DNA of 64,000 nucleotides from Gnetum montanum (lineage: Eukaryota; Plantae; Gnetophyta): positions 117,192 to 181,191 of the forward strand of contig MNCI01000719.1 of NCBI GenBank assembly GCA_015680685.1. The letters are read 5' to 3'. A program made the position numbers and the translations under genes. Positions 13,921 through 26,473 of this stretch are shown piece by piece. Each line of letters starts with the position of its first letter. Within the stretch, counting starts at the first letter, position 1. Below the pieces are notes generated by a model, which saw only the letters and a program-made list of their open reading frames with translations, made no database searches and was not told the DNA's origin.

Positions 13921-14040
13921 CTGCATTGTAAAAACTGCAAATTATCGTGAAGTTACATGAGTCAAAAATACTTTTATAGCACCTGACACAAAAGAGTCTA
14001 GCTACATAGTAAAGATAGCTAAAGAAATTGGAAGCCTCGC

Positions 14041-14141
14041 CTTTTCAAGATATATTTCAAAAAATTGTTTCTTGGCTATAAGAGGATCAAAATTTTTTAC
14101 ATTTTTCACCTGGGCAACTCCTCCCAAAGAGTTGGCTTCTC
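14041..14141 (-). pseudogene. SOQ1: SOQ1-like exon 2 (101 nt)
   Basis: Acceptor tttcag|GA GAA GCC. Encodes GEANSLGGVAQVKNVKNFDPLIAKKQFFEIYLEK. The donor is AAG|GCGAGG (GC). Confidence 0.85.
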
Positions 14142-15060
14142 CTGAAATTAACTGAGGTGCATATGATTGTACAAGAATTTGGAAACATGTGACTAAGAAC
14201 AAGCAGAAATACTGTTTCCAAGCATCAAACACTTCATCGTGAATTGTGCAACACCATAAGAAGAGGGCACCAAGGTACAAATTGAAAAATTAACCTGAAA
14301 GTGATAACAATGGCAGATAAACACCATTATGAATGTTATATATTTGCAGCATATTACCTAAAATAACAGCATTACAGAGCAACTATTTTAGGGTAGAGGT
14401 TAGAGTTTTTATAAGATTTCTCGAAGGATGAAATACTTTATGAGTTAAGAACTAAAATGTATTAATAAATTCAGTACTCCGTTTACAAAAAATTGCTATG
14501 AAATATTCAATCATAAGCATTTGCTTTGTGCATTGTAATAACTATGCAGAATCCATTGACCTGAATTTATGAATAATGAAAGCTGCGTCTTCATAGGATT
14601 GGTGCAACAAGTGTAGGTTTCTGATGAATGGTAAAAATGTAGGTCCTGACCTGCTCCGGTGGGTCACAAACAATCCTCTGCGTATGAAAAACGAAGATTT
14701 GATAACAAGCATAAACGATTTACTAAGGTAAAAATTGACTACATTTCGTTATTTTTGAAAAATGTCCGAATCGTACATTGCTTCTTAAGGTAGCTGTAAT
14801 TGTGCTTGGTATTGTTGAAATTGAAACTTTGATGTTGTGCATAGCTAAAGAAGTCAAGAAGTTGCCCAAAAAAAAAAAAATGCTTAGACATTAGCTCAGA
14901 TGCAAGTCATAGGCTTATTAAATGCAAGTTAGACCTTCACTTACTTCCTTGGAATCCTTTGATTAAATGTTACGCGGTGCACCATACGGACTGTAACAAT
15001 GGAGACATGAAATGATGTTATGGCCATCAATTATAGTGGAATGCGGAAGAGAATGAATAC

Positions 15061-15400
15061 CGGTGCCCATAAAGGGAACGAGTCGTCCTCGGAAACGCCA
15101 ACTCCCATGCGCTCAAACACTTCCACGGCGGTGTGCCGTGACGCTTCTTCGCTGTTGCACAGCACTCCGTCCATGTCAAACAGCACAGCGCTTACTTTCG
15201 CTATCTCCGTTCCCGTCTCCATCTCCATCTCCATCGCCTTCCCATTCGTACTGCTTTTGCTTGCACATGCCCTCTCGCCTTTCACGCTGCTGCAACATGC
15301 GTGCAGACGCTTACGACCGTAATTTCCACTGCTGCTACTGTGCCGCTGTGGTTGTTGTTGATGCTGATATGTATAATAATAATTATTATTATTATTAGTA
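15061..15400 (-). pseudogene. SOQ1: SOQ1-like exon 1 (low-complexity transit-like region plus HAD motif I DMDGV); 5' limit uncertain
   Basis: ORF 15031-15546 carries VSAVLFDMDGVLCNSE. Donor G|GTATTC at 15061/15060. One T is missing near 15081 (GAC TC GTT CCC TTT ATG GGC ACC). Confidence 0.85.
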
Positions 15401-15401
15401 T

Positions 15402-18400
15402 TAGGGTCATCTGGAAGGTTGATGGCCATCCAAAAGGCATTAGACCTTCTAAAAGAGAGCAATTGCTTGGAGGTTTTGGCTTCACGAAGGCAAAGGGTTA
15501 TCCAGAAGCAAGGTATTTGTAAACTACGAGCAAGTGGGATTAGCACCTTCCTGTAGTACCGGAAGGCACCAAGGCCTTTTAGTAGTTAATAATTGCTTAA
15601 AATTTGGGGCTACTAGAAAGTAAACAACCAACCAGAAGCAAGGTGTATGAAAACTACGATTCCCTATGCCTAGTAGCCTCACGTAATCTTAACTAGAAGG
15701 CATCAAAATCTTTCAGAAGGGAGCAATTGGTTGCATTTTGAGGCTCCTGAAGGCTAAGGGTCATCCAAAAGGTTGATGACCATTGGGAAGGCATTCAAGG
15801 GAGCAATTGCTTGAAGTTTTTAGCTTTCGAAAGGCAAAGGGTCATTCAATAGCAAGGTATTAGTAAACTGCAAGAGAGTGCAACCAGCACCTTCCGCAGT
15901 CCATGAGAAAAGGCACAAAGACCTTTCAATAGTTACTAATTGCTTAAACTTTGGGCCTACTGAAAGGCAGATGGCCAACCAAAAGCAAGGTCTACAAAAA
16001 CTACAATTCCCTACACCTAGCAGCCTCATGCAGTCCTAACTAGAAGGCATTGAAAGCTTTCAAAATGGAGCAATTGTTTAGAGTTTCTTGCTTCTGGAAG
16101 GCAGAGAATCATTTAGTAGCAAGGTATTCGTACACTACGAGAGGATGCGACTAGCACCTTCTCGCAGTCCATATTGAAAGGCATCGAGACCTTCTGGTAA
16201 TGAATAATTACTTGGGGCTACTAGAAGGTAGATAGCCAATCAAAAGCAAGATCTACAAAAACTACGACTTCCTATGCCTAGCAACCTCATGCAATCCCAA
16301 CCGGAAGGCATCGAAACCTTTTGAAAGTGAGCAATTTCTTGCATTTTGAGGCTTCCAAAAGGCTGAGGATTATCCAAAAAGCTAAAGACCATCCAAAAGG
16401 CATTCAAACCTTTCGAAAGAGAGCAATTTCTTGGAGTTTCTAGCTTCCAGAAGGCAGAGGATCATTCAGTAGCAATGTATTAGTAAACTACAAGAGGGTG
16501 CAACTAGCACCTTCCTACAATCTATGCTAGAAGGTACTAAGAGCTTTTGGTAGTTAATAATTGCTTAAAGTTTGGGGCTACCAGAAGGCAAATGCCCAAC
16601 CAGGAACAAGGTTGACCAAAACTATGATTCCATGTGCCTACCAACCTCACATAGTCCCAAGTGGAAGGCATCAAAACTTTCAGGAAGGAAGCAATTGCTT
16701 GCATTTTGAGGCTCTCGAAAAGCTGAGGATCAACTGAAAGGCCTTATGCCTTCCTGAAGGAAGCAATTGGTTCAAGTTCTTAGCTTCTAGAAGGCATAGG
16801 GTCGTCTGATACCAGGGTATTCATACAATGCAAGCTAGTGCAACTAACACCTTCCCGCAATCCATGCCAAAAGGCACCAAGACCTTCCAGTAGTTGATAA
16901 TTACTTAAAGTTTGGGGCTACTAGAAGGCAGACAACCAACTAAAAGTAAGGTCTACGAAAATTGTGATTCCTTGTGCTTAATAGCCTCACGTAGTCCCAA
17001 CCAAAAGGCATTGGAACCTTCCAGAAGGGAGCAATTGATTGCATTTTTGGGCTTCTAAAAGGTTGAGAGTCATTAGGAAGGTTGATGACCATCTGGAAGC
17101 CATTTAGACCTTCTAGAATTGAGCAATTGTTTGGAGTTTTTGGCTTTTGGAAGGTAGAGGATCATTCAATAACAAGGTATTAGTAAACTACGAGAGGGTG
17201 TGACTAGCACCTTCCCTCAGTCCACACCAAAAGGCACTAAGACCTTTCAGTGGTTAATAATTGCTTAAAGTTTGGGGTTATTGGAAGGTAAGCAGCCAAC
17301 TAAAAGCAAGGTCTATGAAAACTGTGACTTCCTATGCCTAGCAACCTCATGCAATCCCAAATGGAAGGCATCAAAACTCTTTGGAAGGGAGTAAATGGTT
17401 CCATTTTGAGGCTCCCAGAAGGCTAAAGACCATGCGAAAGACATTCAGACCTTTCAAAAGGGAGCAACTGCAGCTAGTACTAAGGTATTCGTACCTTGTG
17501 AGAGGGTGTGACTAGCACCTTTCAGTCCATGGCAAAAGGCACCAAGACCTTCTGATAGTAAATAATTGCTTAAAGTTTGGGGCTATCAAAAGGAAGATGG
17601 CCAACCAAAAGCAAGGTCTACGACAATTGGGATTCCTTGTGCCTAGCAACCTTGCACAATCCCAACTAAGAAGCATCAAAACCTTCCGAAAGGGAGAAAT
17701 CACTTGCATTTTGAGGCTTCTAAAAGGTCATATAACCATTTGGAAGGCATTCAAGCCTTCTAAAAGGGAGTAATTACTTAGACTTTTTGGCTTACGGAAG
17801 GCATAAGATCATCCGGTAGCAAGGTATTCGTACATTGTGAGAGGGTGCGACTAGCACCTTCTCGCAGTCCATGCTAGAAGGCACCAAGACCTTCCGATAG
17901 TTAATAATTAATTAAAGTTCAAGGCTACCACAAGACAAACGACCAACCAAAAGAAAGGTTTACGAAAACTACAATTCCTTACGCCTAGCAACCTCACACA
18001 GTCCTAACTAGAAGGCATTAGAACCTATCTGAAAGGAGGCAATTGGTTACATTTTGGGGCTTCAAGAAGGTTGATGACCATTCGAAAGGCATTTAGACCT
18101 TCCGAAATGAAGCAATTTCTTGGAGTTTCTAATTTCTAGAAGGTAGAGGATCATTCAATAGCAAGGTATTAGTAAACTATGACAGGGTGTGACTAGCACC
18201 TTCCCTTAGTCCATGCTGGAAGGCACCAAGACCTTCTAGTAGTTAATAATTGCTTAAAGGTTGGGGCTACTAGAAGGTAGATAGCCAACTGGAAGCAAGG
18301 TCTATGAAAACTGTGATTCTTTGCGCCTAGCAGCCTTGCATAGTCTTGGCTAGAAGGCATTAGAACCTTCTGGAAGAGAGCAATTACTTGCATTTTGAGG

Positions 18401-19420
18401 CTTTTGAAAGGCTAATAACCATTTAGAAGGCATTTAGACCTTTTGAAAGGGAGCAACTGCTTAGAGTTTCTAGCTTCTGGAAGGCAGAGGATCATTTGGT
18501 AGCAAGGTATTAGTAAACTACGAGACGGTGCAACTAGCACCTTCCTGTAGTCCATGCTGAAAGGCGCTAACTTTTGGTAGTTAATAATTGCTTAAAGTTT
18601 AAGGCTATTGGAAGGCAGATGGCCAACTAGAAGCAAGGTCTATGAAACTATGATTCTTTGCACCTAGCTACCTTGCGTAGTCCCAACCAAAGGCATCGAA
18701 ACATTTTGAAAGGGAGCAATTGGTTGCATTTTGAGGCTCTTAGAAGGTAAAGGGTCAACCAAAAGGCATTCAAACCTTCCAAAAGGAAGCAATTGCTTGG
18801 AGTTTCTAGCTTTTGGAAGACAAAGGGTCATTCAGTAGCAAGGTATTAGTAAATTGCGAGAGGATGCAACTAGCACCTTCCTGCAGTCCATGTTGGAAGG
18901 CATCAAGACCTTCTAGTAGTTAATAATTGCTTAAAGTTTGGGGCTATTGGAAGGTAGATGGCCAACCAAAAGTAAGGTCTACGAAAATTGCAATTCCTTG
19001 CCCCTAGTAGCCTCATGCAGTCTCAACTGGAAGGCATCAGAACCTTTCGAAAGAGAGTAATTTCTTGCATTTTGAGGTTGCTAGAAGGTTGAGGATCATT
19101 CGGAAGGCTGAAGACCATTCGAAAGGCATTCAAACCTACAAAAAGGGAGCAATTGCTTGGAGTTTTTGGCTTCTGGAAGGCAAAGAATCATCTGGTAGCA
19201 AGGTATTCGTACACTGCAAGAGGGTGCGACTAGCACCTTCCCATAGTCCATGCTAGAAGGCATCAAGACCTTCCAATAGTTAATAATTCCTTAAAGTTTG
19301 GGGCTATTGGAAGGTAGATGGCCAACTAAAAGTAAGGTCTATGAAAACTATGATTCCTTGGACCTAGCAGCCTCACACAGTTCATATACAAAAGTCTTCT
19401 AAAAGGTATCATGCCTTCTA
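15402..19420. repeat. Tandem array of ~12 units of ~340 bp (range ~267-360) built from related sub-repeats
   Basis: The anchor agcaaggtatt and its variants occur at ~15507, 15851, 16118, 16471, 16811, 17171, 17479, 17818, 18160, 18501, 18837 and 19197. Recurring motifs are GAAGGCA, ACCTTC, AGCAATTGCT and gactagcaccttc. Confidence 0.93.
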
Positions 19421-20618
19421 GTCGACTTAAATTTTAAATATTTTTGGCCTTTCATATGGTCAGACTATCTTCTAGTTAGAATTGTGTTTGACTACTGTTC
19501 ACAGTCCCTTGCAACCTTTTACATACATTGTGAATCATATTGTTTATTATGGATGGCAATGTATGTGTGACATGCATAAGGTCACACAACATAGAATGAG
19601 GTTAAAATTAAAAATGATGACTTTATCCCTTCATTCTTGTGGTGTTTCAACTACAATAACAACAATAGTAACAATAACATGCAAATGTCTGTGGTGTTTC
19701 AACTATAACATGCAAATTTTGTGGTGTTTTTGCTACAATAACAATAATAGTAATAGTGCTAGGACTCAAATGCATGGGCTTCCTGATCATCAATCATATG
19801 ATGGTTGAATGAGGACCGTTTGACATGTCCTAGTTCTGGGCAGGCTCTAGTCCACATCGGGTTGATGATAAATGTAACTCTATATCCTTATTTAGCCATG
19901 GTGTGCCACTTGAGTAGTTTGAGCAGTGTCTCCTACCTACTTCACTTGAGCACATTGGTAAGCTTTAGCCATCCTTAGGGCAATGTGGCTTATAACTATG
20001 TTTTTGGTGAATGAGCTATGCAAAGATGACAACGCACCAAATTTACGAAAACAAATCCCTACACTAGCACAAGCTTTGGTACCTCAAGTGAAGAAGTCTC
20101 AAATCAATTTTTCTTAATGAAACCCTATTCTACTTTCTCATTATCAAATTCGATCATATGGGATCAACGCATATGCTTTAAATTAACACCTATAGAAATC
20201 TAAACTTGTTTCTAAGTAGACTCTGATCATAGTTTTGCATAATGAATAATGAGCGTAAGAATAACTTTACCACCACCATAATTAGTATATGTAGGGAGGA
20301 TGACATGAGGATAAAAAATGCAATGCCAGTTGTTGTGATGGGTTTCTTTGCATAGCCAAATGAGCTAGGCCACATGCCACTACGTGTGCTTTATAACTAG
20401 CACAAATAAGAGAAGAGGCTAATCTAGTAGATGGTGTAGTTTGTAGATGGGCAATGAGTTCAACCACATGGTGTTTCTTAGTTCATTGGTTACTAAACAA
20501 TGGTGCTTAATGCATAGGCTGATCTAGTGAATTTGATTTGCTCTTGTAGGAGTGCAATTATCTCTATGGTTCATGTGGTCCTATTTTTCTAAATAATAAT
20601 TATTTATATATTAATGTA

Positions 20619-20639
20619 ACACACACACACACACACACA
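20619..20639. repeat. (AC)n microsatellite
   Basis: Direct reading. Confidence 0.9.
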
Positions 20640-21022
20640 AATTTTTTTTTAATTTTATCTTTTATTTAATTATAAAGAATAGAAAAAAGAGGAGATTATT
20701 TTCCTAGCTTGGTCAACACAGCCCTGCCAAGGCCCATAACCTAAGTTGGGCTTGCATAGTATGTTATCATATTTTAAAATAATAATCATTATTATTATTA
20801 CTATTATTTCATTATTAAAGTAGGGGAGGNATGTAAGGAAAAAAAGGAATTAGATGTGAGGTTCTATAAAGACTACAAACTTCTAGAGCTAGTTGAACAA
20901 AAATTTTCTATGTACAAGTCCTAATCATTTTAGGACTTTTGTTTTGAAAATATTGATGTGAGTAGTTGGGAATCATAGGTCCCTCTTCCAAAAACTCAAG
21001 TTTGTACTCCTTTTCATCTCAG

Positions 21023-21611
21023 TGATGTAGGGACACCTCTTCTAATTTCCATTATTCTTCTGTACATGTGTGTTTTGTAGGTCTGAGGCTTTTGGAAGAC
21101 ATCTTGAAAGGCACGAAGATATATTAGCTGAGACTTGGGACTGACAGAAGATGTCTTGAATGCAAAGAAGATATCAGGCTCATTTTATTAGTGTCTAAAG
21201 AAAGACATCTCATTCTCAGAGGAGACATCTCAAGAAAGATGTCTCCTTAAACTAGAAGATGTCTTGAGCAAGCATGTTGCCATTGAGAAGATGTCTTAGT
21301 TTGGGAGGAGATCTCTCCCAAAAATAGTAGATATCTTTGCAAAAAGTTGTATTTTGGTAGGAGACAACCCGACAAGGCTAGAGATAACCTATATGGCAAG
21401 GGAAACTTCTAAAATCATCCATCCCAATTTGAGAAACAATTAAGGTAAGGAGGAAAAGGATGAAAATAATTGAAGAGAAGGTGAGAAGGCCATGAAAACA
21501 TCTAAAGAATCTCAAGATGAGTTGAGGGAAGGTTTCTAGGTTTCTTGTCTTTTATTATTTATAAATATTGATGTAATTCATAATTAGTAGAGTGAACCTG
21601 CTGTAGCATTA
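21023..21611 (+). repeat. Element A 5' LTR (short form) followed by a degenerate tRNA-iMet PBS (21612-21624)
   Basis: Starts tgatgtagggacacctcttc, like 59045. Internal gaagacatct/gaagatgtct repeats. ttagtattggagc matches ttggtatcagagc at 10/13 positions. Confidence 0.7.
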
Positions 21612-23380
21612 TTAGTATTGGAGCTCTTGTATTGAGTTTTGTGTTGATTGTTTCTTGAGAATTGGTTGAGGATTTTGTTAATTTTAGATGACATCTAAAA
21701 AGAAATAGGTGCAAGCTTTGAATTAGGACATGAGAAGCATGAATTTTGCCTTCAAGATGATGGTTGCTTTGTTAGATGAAATACACATATGTATACAAGA
21801 ATGCGAGTCTTAGCCATATTTAAACACATAAAGGTGAAAAGCATGCATGTCTAGATGAAAACGTTTCACAACTAGCTAGAGACAGACTAAATGATGAGGA
21901 AGGAAAATCTAGTTATAGGAGTATAGGAACTCATTAGCCAAGGATTTGAATGGGAGGGAATCCTATTTCTCAAATGACAATTCTAAGGACTCCAACATTG
22001 ATCAATACTTTTTCTTTAGGTAAGCCTGACAAGGACAATGAGGCAAGGCTTGCTGGAGCATTTAGAAATGTTGCATGAATTTCCTATGTGAAGTTGAAGA
22101 CTTTCAATGGTGTAGATGGTAGCAATGCTTTTGTGAGTTGGCTAACGACACTTGAGAAGCATTTTCAGTTGGAAGAGATACCAAATAATATGAGGGTATC
22201 GATTACTGAATCTAGATTAGAAGGTATGACTTTTACTTAATGGAAAAAGAAGTCCTAGGGTTATTAAAGATGAAATGTTCAAGCCATCAAAGGTTGGGAT
22301 TAATAAAATATAGTTTGACAATAAAATTTGAAAAATCTCATGAGAGACAAGAGACCATTATGAAGTTAAAATTCCTAAGGCAAGGTGACAGGGATGTCAA
22401 AGAATTCTACATCTAATTTTGTGTCCATTGAGCTAAGGTAAATTGGAAGGAGTATGAACATGCTTCAATCTTTTTAGAAGGTCTCAAAACAACATACTAG
22501 TAGGAGTTTTCTTTTTATGAGCCATAAACTCTTGATGAGGATTATGATTTGGCACTCAAGGCTGAGAAGACATTAAGTGAATTTAGAAACAGGAGTAAAA
22601 CAACTTCCAAGGAAAAGTAGAAGGGATCCAAAGTTGAATAAGGATCCAAGTACAAATCTGAAGACAAGGATGATAGCCATGAAAAGAAGACTGAAAGAGG
22701 TGATGAGAAGGAAAAAGCCAAGAAGGACCAATGTAAGGGTCAAGGTAGCATCTTATCAAAAATCCAGTGCTTCAAGTGTGAAGAATGGGGACATAAGCAA
22801 TGGGAATGTCCATTTTACAAGGTAGCTAAGAACAAGGACGTGCAAACCATGAAGGTGAAAGAAATGTCAAGCCAAGGTCTTTAGAAAGATAATCCTAATG
22901 CTCCAAAAATTATGGATGTTTCTAAATTAAATTCTTATGCATTCATGGGGAATGTGAATAGAGGAGATTAACCTAATAGAAAATTGTTGTTTCAAATTGG
23001 GGCTAGATGTTTGCTTAGCAAGGAATGGATTCATGTCTTAATTGATGGGCAAGCCCAAGAAAATCTTGTTTATTCTAGAGTAGTTTCTACATGGGGATTG
23101 GTAATTAATCCTCAACCTAAACCTTATAAAGTGCAATAGTTTTATAAATATTTTTCCCAAGAGGTAATGTAATTCCAATTGATTATGCTAATGTAATTTT
23201 TAGTATACCTTGGAATTTTAATAATGGTGCTCAATTTGATGAAGTAAGAAATGTGTAAAGTGTAGCTAAATTTGATGGAATCCATGAGTTGATTCCTGTG
23301 ACAGTTGAATAAGTGAGACAACAAAGCTCACTTAATGCTTTCTTAATCCTTCTAGAAGAGAGAAAAATATATTAAGAAAC

Positions 23381-26300
23381 TGTTGTCACATTTAGGCCAT
23401 TGAATGGAATAGGCTTGCATGATAAAATTGGTTAAGAGTTTTTTTTTGGTGCTCTATTGGTATTCGTAGTTATGTATGAATAATTTTGAGAAGTGGTTGT
23501 GAGCATAAGGATGATGTTATGGAAGAAGGAAAATCATTGTACTCTTACCAAAGATTACAAACAAGACTTGAGAAAATCAATCACAAAAGCAATTTTAAAT
23601 ATTGCAATATTAAAGACAAGGCCACAAAAGTATCAAAGAATTTTATATGGAACACCTTACAACAAGCTTAAGTTCATTAGAGTAAACTGGAGCAAGTATC
23701 TAGTTTTCATATTTTAATCCATGAATGGAAGGAAGCCATATCTAAAAAGCAAATCAAATGTAACAGCTAGAGCAATAGCAGCATAGCTGAATTTGTGAGA
23801 ATTGCCCACTAAAAGTTGTATGTTCAAACAATTTTTATCAGTTTCCTGCAACTACAAAATAAGGGTACTCGTAAGGGCAATTTGTCAAACACTTATCATG
23901 TGTTCTACATTTGAAATATATCAATTAGCATGCCCATATTCAAAATACAAAGAAATCAAAAAATCAAGAATAGGCATTAAATTCATAGCAATGGATAAAA
24001 GAAAAAAAACACAAACCAAGTATCAAGAATATGTCAAGATTTTGCTGCCAACCGTGCTTGGATTGTTACTAACATAGTAACTGTAATAGATGGCATTGCA
24101 TCGAACAAGTAAGGTCAAAGGGTTTAAGAGCTAATATTGGCACCTGCATACAAATTAAGAAGAAGAAATGTAGGAAGCCCCGAGAGTATTGTATAAACAT
24201 TTTGGGGACCAAAATTTGGGTTATCATAATCCTAAATTGTGTTCGCATTACATTGCTGCATTAGAAAAAATCTTTCCTTGTATAAAATCAGTGGCACCCA
24301 GTGAATAAAAAGATTCAAGCCCACGCAGTGCAGATGAAGGTACCAAAAAAACCATGAATTTTTGCAAAAGAAAATGCAGGAATTAGGTGGCAAAACAGAG
24401 CGCACGACATGCCAGGAAAAAAGCCCTAAAGTAACAAAGACAAACAAACGACGTAGTGTGGAAAGGCCATTAAAAAAAGGCAGCTACACTGCAACCACAG
24501 CTGGTGGAGACTATAACAAAAAACTAATCATGGTAGATAGGGGCATCATTATAAAACTTTGATGGTAGTGATTCAAGGATTGCAGCAATTGCGCATTTTT
24601 TTTTGGAGTGTGGCACATGGAAGTATCATTAGACATGGCGGCAGGGTGTTGCTTTGTAGAGATCTATGGTTGTAGGGGACGTGCTAGGCATTGATAGTAG
24701 TGGCAGTTCTGAATGAGGGTTTCTTGTGGCTTGGTGAAAATATGTAGAGCACAGTCTGTTCACAATGACAAAGATTTTGGATGCAAAGGTTTAGGCAAAA
24801 TATTTTTTTTGGGAATATGATGAGTTGACGTGGTTAAAACCATATAATATTTTACCTTGCTCACATGGTTAACCCATTGGTCATGTATTGATTAAATTTT
24901 TAGATACCATTTGAAAAATTTGTGTGAGGGGTTATTGACGGATGGGATACTTGTCAATTATGTTAAATATTTCCTAAAATTTTTGATGATCTTCATTATA
25001 TGGCTCCAAAGGACACGTTTTTCCACCATACCTAATTTCTCTATGGTAGTCATGATTAAGCTACCTTGAAGATTATAATCACTAGATACTTGGCTTTATT
25101 TTCTATAAGGGTTTAGACTTCCTGTGGAAGTTGCAACTACTTATAAAAATATATATGTAATTTGAGAAAATACATGCCAATGTTAGCATGATTTTCTCCT
25201 AACTTGTTGGGCAAGTTGTAACTTCCTAACTTGGTGAACATGTTATGCAAGACATTTTGTAAACCCTAACTACCTATGGAGCACTATAAAAAGGCTTCAG
25301 AAGGTGGCTAGAAGGGGCTTTTGGGGGAGGCAAAGAAAAAAAAAAAGCAAATAAAGAAGACATGTTGAAGATTACTTGTTGGATGGCTTGCTAAAGACAC
25401 CATTTTGGCTGCTTTGTTTTAATCCCATGAGTTATATTCTTCCCATTTTGTTTAAATTGCTTAGCTAGTGGTTTAGATAGTATCATGCTTGGAATTTAAA
25501 ATTGGGATTTTTAGATTGCTCTTATAATTCTTGTTGCATGATAGTAGTTTCCTTTTGAAATCTACCATAGAAGAGCTTATGTTTAAAATCCTTAAGAGCA
25601 ATTTATTAGTGAAATTTATTATTATGCAATGTTTAAGAATTGCTATTAGGATTGCTGTAAGAGAGCCTTTGCAATAGACATGTTGTTGAACAATCAATAA
25701 TCAAGAGGGTTTAGAAAATATTTGGTATTTTGATGGGACTAAAATAGCTTCTTTATTTATAAAGTGAGTCTTGCAGTATTTCAATCAGAAATTGTCAAAT
25801 CTTTTGAAGGTTTTATTGAATGCAATTGTTGACAACTATTATCTAGCCAAAATAGAGTCTTGTACGTAGTAGTTTACGTAGCAATTTTTGGTAGCATAGT
25901 AGGATTTGTCTTGAAGAAATTGCTTGTTTGAGCCTAGAAAGTTTGAACAATTCGTAGATATTGAATTTGAGATAGCTTTATTGTGAAGTGTTTCCTTGTA
26001 TCAATTTACCTTGTCTAAATATTTGAGATTGTACACAAATCTACTTTCTTTTCTTTCTTTTTCTAAGTCCATTGAATCTTGCTCTATTTCTAGTTTTGTT
26101 GTAGAATTTTTCTATCTCTTTGGGGAAAATTAGGAGTAGATTGGCAGAATTGTGCTCAAATGTTTTTGCAAAATTTTATTTGTTACAAGTAGATATTATA
26201 AGGATTGCATAGACTAGGTGATTAGACAAAATAGGAATTTCCACCAATTCACAGTATTTGACAAAGTTTGGCTGAATCTCTTTATGATAGCCATTTATAG

Positions 26301-26473
26301 TTTTTTATATTCAGCCCAACCATTTCAACATTCACAACAGCAAACACATACTCACATTTAACCACTGAGTCTATTTAGAGGTATCTGGGCCTTGGTGTTG
26401 TCAAAGACCAACAAGCACCTAAACCCTATTTGAGGACACTCGTTGGCAATCGTATCCCAAATGGTCACGAACA
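23381..26473 (+). mobile_element. Element E: solo LTR (~3.1 kb) related to the B LTRs, in the opposite orientation
   Basis: TG...CA ends and a perfect 5-bp TSD GAAAC (23376-23380 and 26474-26478). The termini and the 25300-26470 segment match the reverse complement of the B LTRs. Confidence 0.88.

Larger units (their letters stand above)
9685..15400 (-). pseudogene. SOQ1: SOQ1-like (SUPPRESSOR OF QUENCHING 1, HAD-like N-terminal domain), exons 1-5, frameshifted; later exons not found in the window
   Basis: The spliced, frame-corrected product KVSAVLFDMDGVLCNSEE...EDDFVPFMGTG/EANSLGGVAQVK...FFEIYLEK/YAKPNSGLGY...ELVMQ/CKTAGLKVAVASSADRIKVNANL.../FDAIISADSFQNLKPDPDIFLAASKTL matches my recollection of plant SOQ1. 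Two 1-nt deletions are needed to restore the frame. Confidence 0.85.

Noticed and set aside
15820-19256. Similar short ORFs in the array (e.g. 15820-16029, 17512-17709, 18193-18393) as a peptide gene family
   Set aside because: They are by-products of the DNA repeat; stops and indels vary between units with no frame conservation.
15402-19420. CRISPR-like repeat-spacer array
   Set aside because: Whole ~340-bp units repeat with no unique spacers, there are no cas genes, and the context is eukaryotic.
19420-20760. MITE, hAT or Helitron termini bounding the tandem array
   Set aside because: No TIR pair, TSD or hairpin-CTRR end could be supported by eye.
20761-20830. (ATT)n-rich stretch as the displaced continuation of SOQ1 exon 1 or a TSD of the array
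   Set aside because: The similarity to 15366-15402 is low-complexity only, there is no convincing frame, and it ends at an ambiguous base.
24000-24760. Captured host gene fragment within the solo LTR
   Set aside because: Slightly GC-richer, but no recognisable protein motif in any frame.
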